Shown: positions 8,698 to 18,405 of the stretch, in pieces
Layout of the letters: each line of letters starts with the position of its first letter
Numbering within the stretch: position 1 is the stretch's first letter
Origin: Candidatus Cybelea sp.
GTDB taxonomy: Bacteria; Pseudomonadota; Alphaproteobacteria; Ferrovibrionales; Ferrovibrionaceae
Reading direction: 5' to 3'
Assembly: GCA_035632095.1 (NCBI GenBank)
Contig: DASQHM010000052.1
Coordinates: 102-64,101, forward strand
Length of the DNA stretch: 64,000 nucleotides
The notes under the pieces: generated by a model
Databases searched by the model: none
What the model was told of the DNA's origin: nothing
The model's input: only the letters and a program-made list of their open reading frames with translations
Position numbers and translations under genes: made by a program

Positions 8698-9357
8698 ATG
8701 CAGCCGCCCTACGTTCATGCCGATCCGCTTCGGGCGTCGATTTCCGAGCGCTTGTCGCGTTTCCCGGTTCAGTTTCATGCCGATGCGCGCAGGCTGAAGC
8801 ACGCCACCGTGGCCATCACCGTCGTGGCGCTGGAAGCGAGCAATGAATTCGGCGCGCGCGGGGATGCGGCGTTCCTGCTCACCAGGCGCGCATCCAAGCT
8901 TAGGGCCCATAGCGGACAATGGGCCTTGCCGGGTGGGCGGATCGATCCAGGCGAAACCATCGAACAGGCCGCACTTCGAGAGCTTCACGAGGAGATCGGC
9001 ATCGAACTCGGTCCGGATGCCATCATTGGCCGGCTGGACGATTACGAGACCCGTTCGGGTTATCTGATGTCGCCGCTCGTCGTTTGGGCGCCGCCCGATG
9101 CGGTCGCGACACCCAACCCGTCCGAGGTGGCCAAGCTCTATCGCATTTCCTTGAGGGAGCTTCGACGAGAGGGTTCCCCGGAGATCTTTTCCATCCCGGA
9201 ATCCGGTCGGCCGTTGATCCGCTTGCCCCTATCGGCCGTGAACAATCACATCAATGCGCCGACAGCGGCCATTCTCTATCAGTTCCGCGAGGTGGCGCTG
9301 GAAGGCCGCGCCACGCGCGTCGCCCACTTCGACCAGCCGGTGTTCGCCTGGCGCTGA
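8698..9357 (+). CDS. NUDIX hydrolase, CoA pyrophosphatase type
   Basis: 219 aa from the ATG at 8698. Nudix box GGRIDPGETIEQAALRELHEEIG preceded by the CoA-type motif LLTRRASKLRAHSGQWALPGG. Confidence 0.85.
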   Translation: MQPPYVHADPLRASISERLSRFPVQFHADARRLKHATVAITVVALEASNEFGARGDAAFLLTRRASKLRAHSGQWALPGGRIDPGETIEQAALRELHEEIGIELGPDAIIGRLDDYETRSGYLMSPLVVWAPPDAVATPNPSEVAKLYRISLRELRREGSPEIFSIPESGRPLIRLPLSAVNNHINAPTAAILYQFREVALEGRATRVAHFDQPVFAWR

Positions 9358-9364
9358 TGCGCGA

Positions 9365-11017
9365 TCAGCCCGCCTTGCTCCGCTCCATCTCGGGCAAGCG
9401 GTAATCCTTGAAGCGTTCGCGCAGCGTGAGCTTGTGGATCTTGCCCGTGGCGGTCATGGGCATCTGATCGACGAACACCACATCGTCCGGCATCCACCAG
9501 CTCGCCACCTTGCTCCGCATGTAGTCGAGCAATACCCGGCCGTCGAGCGCGCTGCCCTGCTTGCGCACGACGATCAGCAGGGGCCGTTCCTGCCACTTGG
9601 GATGCGCGACGGCGATCACGGCGGCCTGCATAACCTCCGCATGGCCCATGGCGACATTTTCAAGCTCGATCGAGCTGATCCATTCGCCGCCCGACTTGAT
9701 CACGTCCTTGGAGCGGTCGGTGAGTTGGATATGGCCTTGGCCATCGATAGTGGCCATGTCGCCGGTCTTCAGCCAACCATCGTCGTCGAGGGCGCTGCCG
9801 CCTTCGCCTTTGAAGTACCCCGACGAAACCCACGGGGCCTTGACGCGCAAATGGCCGAAGGCTTTGCCGTCGTGGGGCAATGCTCGGCCGGTGTCGTCGA
9901 CGATGCGATATTTCACGCCGAAAATGGCGCGTCCCGACTTCATGCGCCGGTCGATCCGTTGCTCGAATGGCAGGTCCGCGGTGCCGGGATACATGGTGGC
10001 GCTGCTGCCGCCGAGCGCTTCCGTCATGCCCCAGGCCTGCATCAATTCCACACCATAGTCACGTTCCAGCTTCTCCACCAGCGCGCGTGGCGGCGCGGAA
10101 CCGCTCGAAAGCGTCATGCGCAGCTTGGAGAATTTCTTGCCCTGGCGGTCGAGCCAATCGGTCAGGATCAGCCACATGGTCGGCACGCCGCAGGTGAGCG
10201 TCACCTGCTCGCTCTCGATCAGGTCGTAGAGCATTTCGGGTTCGTAATTGCGTCCGGGAAGCACCAGCTTGGCGCCGGTCATGGGCGCCAGATACGGGAA
10301 CTGCCACGCGTTGCCGTGGAACATGGGCGCCATGGGCATCAGCACCTCGGCCGAGCCGTTCTTGCCGCCGATGCCGAGAAAGCTGGTGAACAGCAGGGTG
10401 ACCAGCAGCGCCGAACGATGGGAATAGACCACGCCTTTGGGGTTGCCCGTCGTGCCGGACGTGTAGCAAATGGTCGACGCCGTCTTCTCGTCGAGAACCG
10501 GCCATTCATAGGCGCCGTCCTCGCGCGCCAACAGTTCCTCGTAGCACATCAGGTTGGCAAGCTTCGTGTTCGGCGGCATGAGCGCCTTTTCCGTCATCAT
10601 CACGAAGGCTTTGACGGTGGTCAGCCGCGGCGCGATCTGCTCGGCCATGGGCAGCGTCAGCGCGTCGATGAACAGGTAGCTGTCTTCGGCGTGGTTGATG
10701 ATGTAGACGAGCTGGTCGGGGAACAGCCGCGGGTTGACCGTGTGCAGCACGGCGCCCATGCCGGATACGCCGTAGAACATCTCCAGGTGCCGGTGCGTAT
10801 TCCAGGCGAGGCTGCCGATGCGCTCGCCTTGCTTCACGCCCATGCGGTGCAACGCCTGGGCCAGTTTCTTGGAACGGAGATGCGCATCCTTATAGGTGTA
10901 GCGGTGCAGGCCGCCCTCGATAGTGCGTGCGACGATTTCCGCCGTGCCGTGAAACTCCGCCGCATAATCGATCAGCGCCGAGATCGACAGCGGCATATCC
11001 ATGATCAGGCCCTGCAT
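9365..11017 (-). CDS. long/medium-chain fatty-acid--CoA ligase (AMP-dependent synthetase)
   Basis: 550 aa. AMP-binding motif YTSGTTGNPKGV, plus later GWLKTGD and GKIHK motifs. Confidence 0.9.
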   Translation of the reverse strand: MQGLIMDMPLSISALIDYAAEFHGTAEIVARTIEGGLHRYTYKDAHLRSKKLAQALHRMGVKQGERIGSLAWNTHRHLEMFYGVSGMGAVLHTVNPRLFPDQLVYIINHAEDSYLFIDALTLPMAEQIAPRLTTVKAFVMMTEKALMPPNTKLANLMCYEELLAREDGAYEWPVLDEKTASTICYTSGTTGNPKGVVYSHRSALLVTLLFTSFLGIGGKNGSAEVLMPMAPMFHGNAWQFPYLAPMTGAKLVLPGRNYEPEMLYDLIESEQVTLTCGVPTMWLILTDWLDRQGKKFSKLRMTLSSGSAPPRALVEKLERDYGVELMQAWGMTEALGGSSATMYPGTADLPFEQRIDRRMKSGRAIFGVKYRIVDDTGRALPHDGKAFGHLRVKAPWVSSGYFKGEGGSALDDDGWLKTGDMATIDGQGHIQLTDRSKDVIKSGGEWISSIELENVAMGHAEVMQAAVIAVAHPKWQERPLLIVVRKQGSALDGRVLLDYMRSKVASWWMPDDVVFVDQMPMTATGKIHKLTLRERFKDYRLPEMERSKAG

Positions 11018-11160
11018 GACGCGCTTCCCCGACTGGCCAGCCGGTCTCCCCGGCGAGCGGCATGTTACTGATTAGTAAGCATTTTCGCCATAGATAGATG
11101 CGCCAGGCGCATGTCTCGGGCTTTGACAGGCGCGCTCTCAATCCCTACATATCCCCGGCC

Positions 11161-12768
11161 ATGTCCAAGACAGCCGCCGAAATCGCCCGCCGCCGCACTT
11201 TTGCGATCATTTCGCATCCTGATGCCGGCAAGACCACGCTCACCGAAAAGTTGCTGCTGTTCGGCGGCGCCATTCAGCTTGCCGGCGCGGTCAAGGCCCG
11301 CGGCGAGCGGCGGCGCGCGCGTTCCGACTGGATGGCCATCGAGCGCGAGCGCGGCATCTCGGTCACCGCATCGGTAATGACCTTCGACCACGACGGCACC
11401 GCGTTCAACCTGCTCGACACGCCGGGCCACGAGGACTTCAGCGAAGATACATACCGAACCCTGACCGCGGTCGAGAGCGCCATCATGGTGATCGATGCCG
11501 CCAAAGGCATCGAGGCGCAGACACGCAAGCTCTTTGAAGTCTGCCGGTTGCGCGACCTGCCGATCCTGACGTTCATCAACAAGCTCGATCGCGAGAGCCG
11601 CGAGCCGTTCGAACTGGTCGACGAGATCGAAAAGACCCTGGCGCTCGACGTGGCGCCGGTCACCTGGCCCATCGGCAGCGGGCAAAGCTTCAAGGGTTGC
11701 TACGATCTCCTGGCAGACCGGCTGTTGCTGTTCGAGGGCGGAGACCGGGAGCGCATCGGCGACGTCGTGCCGGTGAACGGCTTGGACGATCCTGCGCTCG
11801 ACGCGCGCTTGCCCGCCGACCTGGTGGCGAAGCTTCGCGAAGACGTGGCCTTGGTGCGCGCCGCCACGCCGAAATTCTCGCTCGCGAGCTTTCTCGAGGG
11901 CCATCTGACGCCCTTGTTCTTCGGCAGCGCGCTTAAGAACTTCGGCGTCGCGGAATTGCTGAAGGCGCTGGCGGAATTCTCTCCTCCGCCGCGGCCGCAG
12001 CCGGCGGAGCAGCGCTCTGTCGAGCCGGACGAAGCGCCGGTCAGTGGCTTCGTGTTCAAGATCCAGGCCAACATGGATCCCAATCATCGCGACCGCATCG
12101 CCTTCGTGCGCCTGTGTTCCGGCCGCTTCAGGCGCGGCATGAAACTCTTTCATCCGCGCAGCGGCAAGTGGCTCTCGGTCCATAGTCCGATGTTCTTCTT
12201 GGCGCAAGACCGCGAGCTTGCCGAAGAGGCCTGGCCCGGCGACATCATCGGCATTCCGAACCACGGTTCGCTGCGCATCGGCGATGCTCTCACCGAGGGC
12301 GAGGATTTGCGCTTTACCGGCATCCCGAGCTTCGCGCCGGAAGTGCTGCGCCGCGCCCGGCTGGATGATCCCATGCGCGCCAAGCAATTGCGCAAGGCGC
12401 TGCAGGACCTGGGCGAAGAGGGCGTGAGCCAGGTCTTCAGGCCGCTCACCGGATCGAACTGGATCGTCGGCGTCGTCGGGCCGCTGCAATTCGACGTTCT
12501 TGCCGCGCGCATCGGCGCCGAATACAACATCAAGGCCGGATTCGAACAGGCGCCCTACGAAACGGCGCGCTGGATCGAATGTTCCGACAGCGCCGCCTTG
12601 AAACGTTTCGTCGACGCCAATCGCAACGACATTGCCGAAGACGCCGACGGAGCGCTGGTATTCCTCGCCCGCAACGCCTGGGTACTCGGCCGGGCGCAAC
12701 AGGACTGGCCCGCCGTGCGCTTCAAGGCCACGCGCGAGCAGCATGCGCCGGAGCCGGCGAACGCTTGA
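11161..12768 (+). CDS. prfC: peptide chain release factor 3
   Basis: 535 aa from the ATG at 11161. GTPase motifs RTFAIISHPDAGKTTLTEKLL, DTPGHEDF and NKLD, with RF3-like sequence throughout. Confidence 0.93.
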   Translation: MSKTAAEIARRRTFAIISHPDAGKTTLTEKLLLFGGAIQLAGAVKARGERRRARSDWMAIERERGISVTASVMTFDHDGTAFNLLDTPGHEDFSEDTYRTLTAVESAIMVIDAAKGIEAQTRKLFEVCRLRDLPILTFINKLDRESREPFELVDEIEKTLALDVAPVTWPIGSGQSFKGCYDLLADRLLLFEGGDRERIGDVVPVNGLDDPALDARLPADLVAKLREDVALVRAATPKFSLASFLEGHLTPLFFGSALKNFGVAELLKALAEFSPPPRPQPAEQRSVEPDEAPVSGFVFKIQANMDPNHRDRIAFVRLCSGRFRRGMKLFHPRSGKWLSVHSPMFFLAQDRELAEEAWPGDIIGIPNHGSLRIGDALTEGEDLRFTGIPSFAPEVLRRARLDDPMRAKQLRKALQDLGEEGVSQVFRPLTGSNWIVGVVGPLQFDVLAARIGAEYNIKAGFEQAPYETARWIECSDSAALKRFVDANRNDIAEDADGALVFLARNAWVLGRAQQDWPAVRFKATREQHAPEPANA

Positions 12769-12866
12769 GACTTCGGCGTGCCGCACTAGTTATCCCCATC
12801 ACACAGTTTTTATTGCGCCGGCGCATTCAGGGTTTGCGCATGGGATGTATGGGGTAATATTGGCCG

Positions 12867-14132
12867 ATGCAGGTGTCGCCAGAACCGACGACCGCCGGCG
12901 CCGCGCGCGAGAATCTTGCGCGGCGCTTCAAGCACATACGTGACGCCACCGTCGCGCTGACCGAAGGGCTGGAGCCCGAGGACCTGGTGATCCAGTCCAT
13001 GCCGGACGCCAGCCCCACGAAGTGGCACCTCGCTCACACGACATGGTTCTTCGAGACGTTCATCTTGACGGCGCATGCGCCCGGCTACGATGTCTTCGAT
13101 CCGACCTTCGGCTATCTGTTCAATTCCTACTATGAAGCCGTCGGCGCGCGACACCCGCGCGCGGAGCGCGGCCTGCTGTCGCGCCCCACGACCCGCCGGA
13201 TCATTGACTATCGCGCCCACGTGGACGCCGCCGCGACCATGTGGCTCGAACGGGCCAGCGACAATGCGTTCGCCGCGGCGCGTGATGTGTTCGTGCTCGG
13301 ATTGCACCACGAGCAGCAGCATCAAGAACTCATCGTGACCGACCTCAAGCACGCGCTGGCCCGGCACCCCGAGATGCCCGTGTACCGGACCGACGTTGCG
13401 CGACCGTCTGCCGCCGCCGCGCCGCTCACATGGTCGGAGCACGAAGGCGGCGTGCGCGAAATCGGCCACGATGGCGCCGGTTTCGCGTTCGACAACGAAG
13501 GTCCGCGCCACAAAGCCTACGTCGCACCCTTCCGCATCGCCAACCGGCTCGTCACCTGCGGCGAGTATGCCGCTTTCATCGACGATGACGGCTATCGCCG
13601 GCCGGAGTTCTGGCACTCGGAAGGCTGGGCCGCCGTTCAGGCCCGCGGTTGGACGGCGCCGCTCTACTGGCGCGGCCGCGATATCATCACGCTGTCGGGC
13701 GCGCGCGCGCGCGACGCGGCGGAGCCGGTATGCCACGTGAGCTGGTATGAAGCATCGGCCTTTGCGAAATGGGCGAAGGCCCGCCTGCCGACGGAAGCCG
13801 AATGGGAAGTCGCGGCAGGCGATGTGCCGGTCGCCGGCAATCTTCTCGATGCCGGCCATTGGCATCCGGTACCGGCGGCATCGGCCGCGGCGAGGCAAAT
13901 CTACGGCGACGTTTGGGAATGGACGGCGAGTCCCTACGTGCCCTATCCCGGATTCCGCGAACCGCCGGGCGCCATCGGCGAATACAACGGCAAGTTCATG
14001 GCAAGCCAGATGGTGCTCCGCGGCGGCAGTTGCGCCACGCCCGAAGGCCACATACGGCCGACCTATCGCAACTTCTTCTATCCCGATGCGCGCTGGCAAT
14101 TCAGCGGCATCCGCCTCGCGAGCGACCTATGA
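12867..14132 (+). CDS. egtB: ergothioneine biosynthesis sulfoxide synthase EgtB (DinB-like + FGE-sulfatase domains)
   Basis: 421 aa. Motifs KWHLAHTTWFFE, GDVWEWTASPYVPYPGF and RGGSCATPEGHIRPTYRNFFYPDARWQFSGIRLA. Confidence 0.9.
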   Translation: MQVSPEPTTAGAARENLARRFKHIRDATVALTEGLEPEDLVIQSMPDASPTKWHLAHTTWFFETFILTAHAPGYDVFDPTFGYLFNSYYEAVGARHPRAERGLLSRPTTRRIIDYRAHVDAAATMWLERASDNAFAAARDVFVLGLHHEQQHQELIVTDLKHALARHPEMPVYRTDVARPSAAAAPLTWSEHEGGVREIGHDGAGFAFDNEGPRHKAYVAPFRIANRLVTCGEYAAFIDDDGYRRPEFWHSEGWAAVQARGWTAPLYWRGRDIITLSGARARDAAEPVCHVSWYEASAFAKWAKARLPTEAEWEVAAGDVPVAGNLLDAGHWHPVPAASAAARQIYGDVWEWTASPYVPYPGFREPPGAIGEYNGKFMASQMVLRGGSCATPEGHIRPTYRNFFYPDARWQFSGIRLASDL

Positions 14133-15091
14133 GAAGCGCCCGCGGCGAAGCGAGGTTCCATGACCTGGCGCCGGCGCAGGAGAGTTTCCGCGACGCCGTG
14201 TTGACCGGCCTCAGCCAGCCGGCGAAACGCATCCCTTGCAAGTTTCTCTACGACGCGCGGGGCTCGGAGCTGTTCGAGCGCATTTGCGAGCTGCCCGAAT
14301 ACTACCCGACCCGCACCGAGATGCGGTTGCTCCGCCGTTTCGCCAACGAGATCGCGGCGGCGATCGGCCCGCGTTGCCAGCTCGTCGAGTTCGGCAGCGG
14401 CGCCAGCGCCAAGTCGCGCATCATGCTCGACGCGCTCGACCGCCCCGCGGCCTATGTGCCGATCGATATTTCCGGCGACCACCTGGCGCGCCAGGCGGCG
14501 GTCATGGCCCGCGAATTTCCCGACGTGGAAGTGATTGCGCTCTGCGCCGACTTCACGGCCGAGGTGCCGCTGCCGCCCCATGCGGGCGGCAAGCGCATCG
14601 CCTTCTTCCCGGGTTCCACCATCGGCAACTTGACGCCAAGCGAAGCGCGCGACTTTCTTGCGTCCTGGGCGCCGAAGCTTGCCGGCGGGGGCATGATCGT
14701 CGGCGTCGATCTGAAAAAGGACCCGGCAATCCTCAATGCCGCGTACAACGACACGGCGGGCGTCACTGCGGCGTTCATTCTCAATCTGCTGGCCCGCGTC
14801 AACCGCGAACTCGACGGCGACTTCGATCTGGCCGCCTTCGCCCATCGGGCCTATTACGAACCGGATGTGGGTCGCGTGGCGCTGTTCATCGAAAGCCGGC
14901 GCGAGCAGACCGCGCGCGTCAACGGCGCCACGTTTCGCTTTGCCGCCGGCGAGCGCATCCACGCCGAGGATTCCTGGAAATATTCGATCCCGGAATTCCA
15001 GGAATTGGCGGCGCAGGCGGGCTTTCGCCCGATCCACGTCTGGACCGACCCGCAAAGCCTGTTCGGCGTGCACTATCTCGAAGCGCGCTGA
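14129..15091 (+). CDS. egtD: L-histidine N-alpha-methyltransferase EgtD
   Basis: 320 aa from the ATG at 14129 (ATGA overlap with the egtB stop). Motifs KFLYDARGSELFERICELPEYYPTRTE and EFGSGASAKSR. Confidence 0.9.
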   Translation: MRSARGEARFHDLAPAQESFRDAVLTGLSQPAKRIPCKFLYDARGSELFERICELPEYYPTRTEMRLLRRFANEIAAAIGPRCQLVEFGSGASAKSRIMLDALDRPAAYVPIDISGDHLARQAAVMAREFPDVEVIALCADFTAEVPLPPHAGGKRIAFFPGSTIGNLTPSEARDFLASWAPKLAGGGMIVGVDLKKDPAILNAAYNDTAGVTAAFILNLLARVNRELDGDFDLAAFAHRAYYEPDVGRVALFIESRREQTARVNGATFRFAAGERIHAEDSWKYSIPEFQELAAQAGFRPIHVWTDPQSLFGVHYLEAR

Positions 15092-15099
15092 ACGATCCC

Positions 15100-18000
15100 T
15101 CACGTTTCCCGGAGCGATACCAGCGTCGCGTTGCCGCCGGCGGCCGTCGTATCGGTGCTAACGACGCGCTCGACGGCGAAGCGGTGCAAGTAGTAGGGAC
15201 CGCCTGCCTTCGGACCCGTGCCGGATAGTCCCTCGCCGCCGAAGGGCTGCGAGCCGACCACGGCGCCGATCATGCCGCGATTCACATAAGCGTTTCCCGC
15301 GCGCACGCGGCTCGCGATATGGCGTGCCCGCTCGTCGATGCGCGTATGGATGCCGAGCGTCAAACCGAAGCCGGTGCCGTTGACGGCGTCGATGACCTGG
15401 TCGAGACGGTCGGCTGCGAAGCGGATGACGTGCAGCACGGGTCCAAAGACCTCGCCCGCGAGGCGTTCGATCCCGTCGATCTCGAAGGCATGGGGCGCCA
15501 CGAACGTGCCGTTGATGCAATCGTGCGGCAAAGTCACGGCGCGAACGAGCCGTGCTTCGCGCTGCATCCGGGCGATATGCGTATCGAGATTCGATTTTGC
15601 GTCGTTGTCGATCACCGGGCCGAAGTCGGTCGATAGCAATGCGGGATCGCCGCCGCGCAGCTCGTCCATGGCGCCGGCAAGCATATCGAGCACGCGATCG
15701 GCCACGTCCGACTGCAAGAACAGGACGCGCAAAGCCGAACAGCGCTGGCCGGTGGAACCGAAGGCCGATTGAACGGCGTCCGCTACGACCTGCTCGGGCA
15801 GGGCCGAAGAATCAACGATCATGGCATTCTGGCCGCCAGTCTCCGCGATCAGCGGAACAATGGGCCCGCTGCGATCGGCCAATGAGCGCTGAATGGCCTT
15901 CGCCGTGTCGGTGCCGCCGGTGAAAGCGACGCCGGCGACGCGCTCGTCGCGGATGAGCGCCTGCCCGATGCTGGCGCCGTCACCCGGCAACAGGTGCAGC
16001 GCAGCCGCCGGGACGCCCGCCTCATGCAGCAACCGCACGGCGGCCGTTGCCATCAACGGCGTTTGCTCGGCCGGTTTGGCGATGACGGCGTTTCCGGCCG
16101 CCAAAGCCGCGGTGATCTGCCCGAGGAAGATTGCGAGCGGAAAATTCCACGGACTGATGCAGACAAAGACACCGCGGCCGCGCAAGGCGAGCTCGTTGCG
16201 TTCGCCGGTCGGACCGGGCAGGCGCATTGGCGCGGCGAAATCGGCGCGCGCGCGCTCTGCGTAGTAACGGCAGTAGTCGATCGCCTCGCGCACCTCGGCG
16301 ACGGCATCCGGCAGGGTCTTGCCGGCTTCGCGCACGGCGAGATACATCAAATCGGACATTCGAGACTCGAGCAGATCTGATGCACGCTCCAGGATCGCGG
16401 CGCGCTCCGTCGCGGTCGTCGCATCCCACGCGCCGGCCGCCTTATGCGCGACGTTGAGGGCATGATCCAGGTCTTGCGATGATGCGTCGGCGGACTTGCC
16501 GATCACGCGGCGATTGTCGCTTGGGTCGCGAACCTCCCGCGTGTTTGCTTCGCCGAGCGCGCCGTCGACGATCGGACCGGCGCGCCAAGTCAGACCCGAC
16601 GCGCGCCTCATGTTTTCCGCAAGCCTCGCGAGTGCGACGGGATCGGCCAGATCGAGCCCGCGGGAATTGCGCCGCGCGGGCGCGAAGAGATCTTGCGGAA
16701 GCGGAATGCGCGGGTGCGGCTTCGGCTCCGTCGCCGCCAAGACCACGCCCGGGTCCGCCACGACCTCGCCGATCGGCAAGGACGCGTCGCTCAACCGGTT
16801 GACAAAGGAAGTGTTCGCGCCGTTCTCCAGCAGCCGGCGCACCAGATAGGCCAGCAGATCCTTGTGGGTGCCGACCGGCGCATAAATGCGGCATCCCACA
16901 TCCGCACCGGTCGTGCCGAGAATGCGATCGTAAAGCGCTTCGCCCATGCCATGCAGGCGCTGGAACTCGTAATCGCGGCTCGTTCCGGCGAACTCCATGA
17001 TGCTGGCGGCCGTTTGCGCATTGTGCGTGGCGAATTGCGGATAGATCGCATCGGGGGCGGCAAGCATTCGCCGGGCGCAAGCGAGATACGAAACGTCCGT
17101 CGCCAATTTGCGTGTGAACACCGGATATCCCTCCAGGCCGCGCACCTCCGCCCACTTGATCTCGCTGTCCCAATAAGCGCCTTTGACGAGGCGGACCATC
17201 AGACGGCGGCCGTGCGCGCGCGCTTCGGCGATTGCCCAGTCCAACACGTGCGGCGCGCGCTTCTGATAGGCCTGAACGGCGAAGCCAAGCCCGTGCCAAC
17301 CCGCCAATGCGGGATCGGCAATGAGCCGCGAAAGCAGATCGAGCGACAGCTCCAGCCGGTCAACTTCCTCGGCATCGATAGTGAGGCCGATGTCGGCAGC
17401 CTTGGCGAGTTCGGCGAGGCTCTGCAAACGGGGCAGCAGCCGCGTGTGGACCTTGGCGCGGCTTGCGACGTCGTATCGCGGATCGAGCGCCGAAAGCTTG
17501 ACGGAGATTCCAGGTCCGGCGATCGGGCCGCGTGCGGCGGCCGCGCCAGCGATCGCGGAAATCGCACCGGCATAGGCGTCGAAATACCGCTCTGCGTCGG
17601 CGAGCGTCCGCGCCGCTTCGCCCAGCATGTCGTAGGAGTGCCGCAAGCCGCGGCTTTCCGCCTCGGCGGCGCGCTCCAGAGCCGAGCCGATATCCGTGCC
17701 CATCACGAACTGCCGGCCGAGCAGGCGCATGCCTTGCGCGATCGCCTGGCGTATGACCGGCTCGCCGCTCTTTGCGATCAGGCGATTGATGATGCCGCCG
17801 AGCGAACCGGCGGGCAGCTCTCCCGGCTCGAGCACGCGCCCCGTCAGCATCAAGGCCCAGGTCGACGCGTTGACGAATATGGATTCGGAGCGGCCGAGAT
17901 GGTTCTCCCAATCGGCGGAGACGATCTTGTCGCGGATCAGGCGATCGGCGGTCGCCGAGTCGGGTATGCGCAGAAGCGCTTCGGCGAGCGACATGAGCAC

Positions 18001-18246
18001 GACGCCTTCGGGGCTGGCGAGCGAATATTCGCGCAGGAAGGCGTCGAGCCCCCCGTACCCCTTCGATTCAGCGCGCACGGCCTCCACCAAAGAGGTGGCG
18101 GCGCTTTGAATGCGCACACGCGCTTCCGCCGTCACCGTCGCCTCGGCGAGCAAATGCGACACACAAGCGGTTTCGTCGGCGCGAATCGCTTTGCGCATTT
18201 CAGCGCGCTTCGGGTCAGCGAACTCAAGGGGATCGGCGACGACCAT
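15100..18246 (-). CDS. putA: bifunctional proline dehydrogenase / 1-pyrroline-5-carboxylate dehydrogenase PutA
   Basis: Very long ORF (up to 1075 aa). PRODH region (LVKGAYWDSE, RLLENGANTSFV) followed by an ALDH region (FTGGTDTAK, GQRCSA). The start is uncertain: the first in-frame ATG is at 18246, a CTG is at 18288, and the ORF-track TTG is at 18327. Confidence 0.92.
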   Translation of the reverse strand: MVVADPLEFADPKRAEMRKAIRADETACVSHLLAEATVTAEARVRIQSAATSLVEAVRAESKGYGGLDAFLREYSLASPEGVVLMSLAEALLRIPDSATADRLIRDKIVSADWENHLGRSESIFVNASTWALMLTGRVLEPGELPAGSLGGIINRLIAKSGEPVIRQAIAQGMRLLGRQFVMGTDIGSALERAAEAESRGLRHSYDMLGEAARTLADAERYFDAYAGAISAIAGAAAARGPIAGPGISVKLSALDPRYDVASRAKVHTRLLPRLQSLAELAKAADIGLTIDAEEVDRLELSLDLLSRLIADPALAGWHGLGFAVQAYQKRAPHVLDWAIAEARAHGRRLMVRLVKGAYWDSEIKWAEVRGLEGYPVFTRKLATDVSYLACARRMLAAPDAIYPQFATHNAQTAASIMEFAGTSRDYEFQRLHGMGEALYDRILGTTGADVGCRIYAPVGTHKDLLAYLVRRLLENGANTSFVNRLSDASLPIGEVVADPGVVLAATEPKPHPRIPLPQDLFAPARRNSRGLDLADPVALARLAENMRRASGLTWRAGPIVDGALGEANTREVRDPSDNRRVIGKSADASSQDLDHALNVAHKAAGAWDATTATERAAILERASDLLESRMSDLMYLAVREAGKTLPDAVAEVREAIDYCRYYAERARADFAAPMRLPGPTGERNELALRGRGVFVCISPWNFPLAIFLGQITAALAAGNAVIAKPAEQTPLMATAAVRLLHEAGVPAAALHLLPGDGASIGQALIRDERVAGVAFTGGTDTAKAIQRSLADRSGPIVPLIAETGGQNAMIVDSSALPEQVVADAVQSAFGSTGQRCSALRVLFLQSDVADRVLDMLAGAMDELRGGDPALLSTDFGPVIDNDAKSNLDTHIARMQREARLVRAVTLPHDCINGTFVAPHAFEIDGIERLAGEVFGPVLHVIRFAADRLDQVIDAVNGTGFGLTLGIHTRIDERARHIASRVRAGNAYVNRGMIGAVVGSQPFGGEGLSGTGPKAGGPYYLHRFAVERVVSTDTTAAGGNATLVSLRET

Positions 18247-18405
18247 CGCATCGGGCGCGGTAGCCAAGGATGTCGGCGACTTCGGCAGGCATGTACCTCC
18301 GTACCTACGACCACAAGAATAACACAACGACGATACGACTTTGGCGCGCCAGGTTAACGACGATCAGGGCTATCTATGCAGCGTAGTGCGTACAGGACCA
18401 AGGCC

